DNA of 48,729 nucleotides, taken from contig VGIH01000001.1 of assembly GCA_016867965.1 (NCBI GenBank), positions 1 through 48,729 on the forward strand, written 5' to 3'. This DNA comes from Betaproteobacteria bacterium. GTDB taxonomy: Bacteria > Pseudomonadota > Gammaproteobacteria > Burkholderiales > Burkholderiaceae. The notes under the pieces are model-generated. The model had not been told where the DNA came from, did not search any database, and saw only the letters and a list, made by a program, of their open reading frames with translations. A program made the translations under genes and the position numbers. This document shows positions 48,527 through 48,729 of the stretch, one piece after another. Each line of letters starts with the position of its first letter. The stretch's first letter is position 1.

Positions 48527-48729
48527 TTAACCCAAAAGATGCTTGACGCCCGCTTGCTCTTCAAGTAACTCATTTAAGGTCAGGGTCATGCGCTCGCGTG
48601 AGAATGCGTCGATTTCTAAACCTTTAACAAGGGTGTATTCACCATTTGCACAGATTACGGGGAAGCCATAAATGATCTCGGCAGGGATCTCGTAATCACC
48701 GCCTGAAGGAATACCCATCGTGACCCACT
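48527..48729 (-). CDS. mdh: Malate dehydrogenase, C-terminal fragment (runs off the window)
   Basis: [18 protein letters not shown]...[26 protein letters not shown]. Confidence 0.9.
   Translation of the reverse strand, partial: WVTMGIPSGGDYEIPAEIIYGFPVICANGEYTLVKGLEIDAFSRERMTLTLNELLEEQAGVKHLLG

Noticed and set aside
1-48729. tRNA, rRNA, riboswitch, CRISPR, IS or prophage
   Set aside because: All intergenic gaps are about 200 nt or less and show no cloverleaf, repeat-spacer array, terminal inverted repeats or recombinase gene; an Infernal/Rfam scan would be needed to exclude small RNAs.

Overview
Gene-dense chromosomal window from a streamlined betaproteobacterium (Burkholderiaceae; Polynucleobacter-like is my inference from gene order and protein style). 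It is mostly core genes: hrpA; an uncharacterised cassette (YVTN beta-propeller, CE4 deacetylase, His-box desaturase/hydroxylase, EI24/CysZ-like, CinA-N-like); glnA-ntrB-ntrC with two NtrC boxes and a sigma54 promoter; xth; prlC; folD; a FixLJ-like two-component system divergent from aceE-aceF-lpdA; phaP; an HDAC-family deacetylase; an EamA transporter; pbpG; an IclR regulator; ppiA-pabB(C)-NUDIX-aat-bpt-pyrD; rarA-umuD-umuC with a consensus SOS box; hbd; a TauE/DUF1634 pair; GST; ybdL; yaaA; DUF2863; and the 3' end of mdh. Accessory-looking, AT-rich pieces are a HigBA-type toxin-antitoxin pair between prlC and folD, an exported alpha/beta hydrolase, and the 42.6-46.0 kb block. I found no tRNA, rRNA, CRISPR, IS or integrase. 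The best candidate for an undescribed system is the 4082-8542 envelope cassette (His-lined propeller, atypical CE4 enzyme, membrane di-iron enzyme). Next come a recurring leaderless-promoter signature (TAnnnT 5-7 nt before ATG) and the rarA-umuDC adjacency. All family assignments come from reading motifs by eye; no database search was run.
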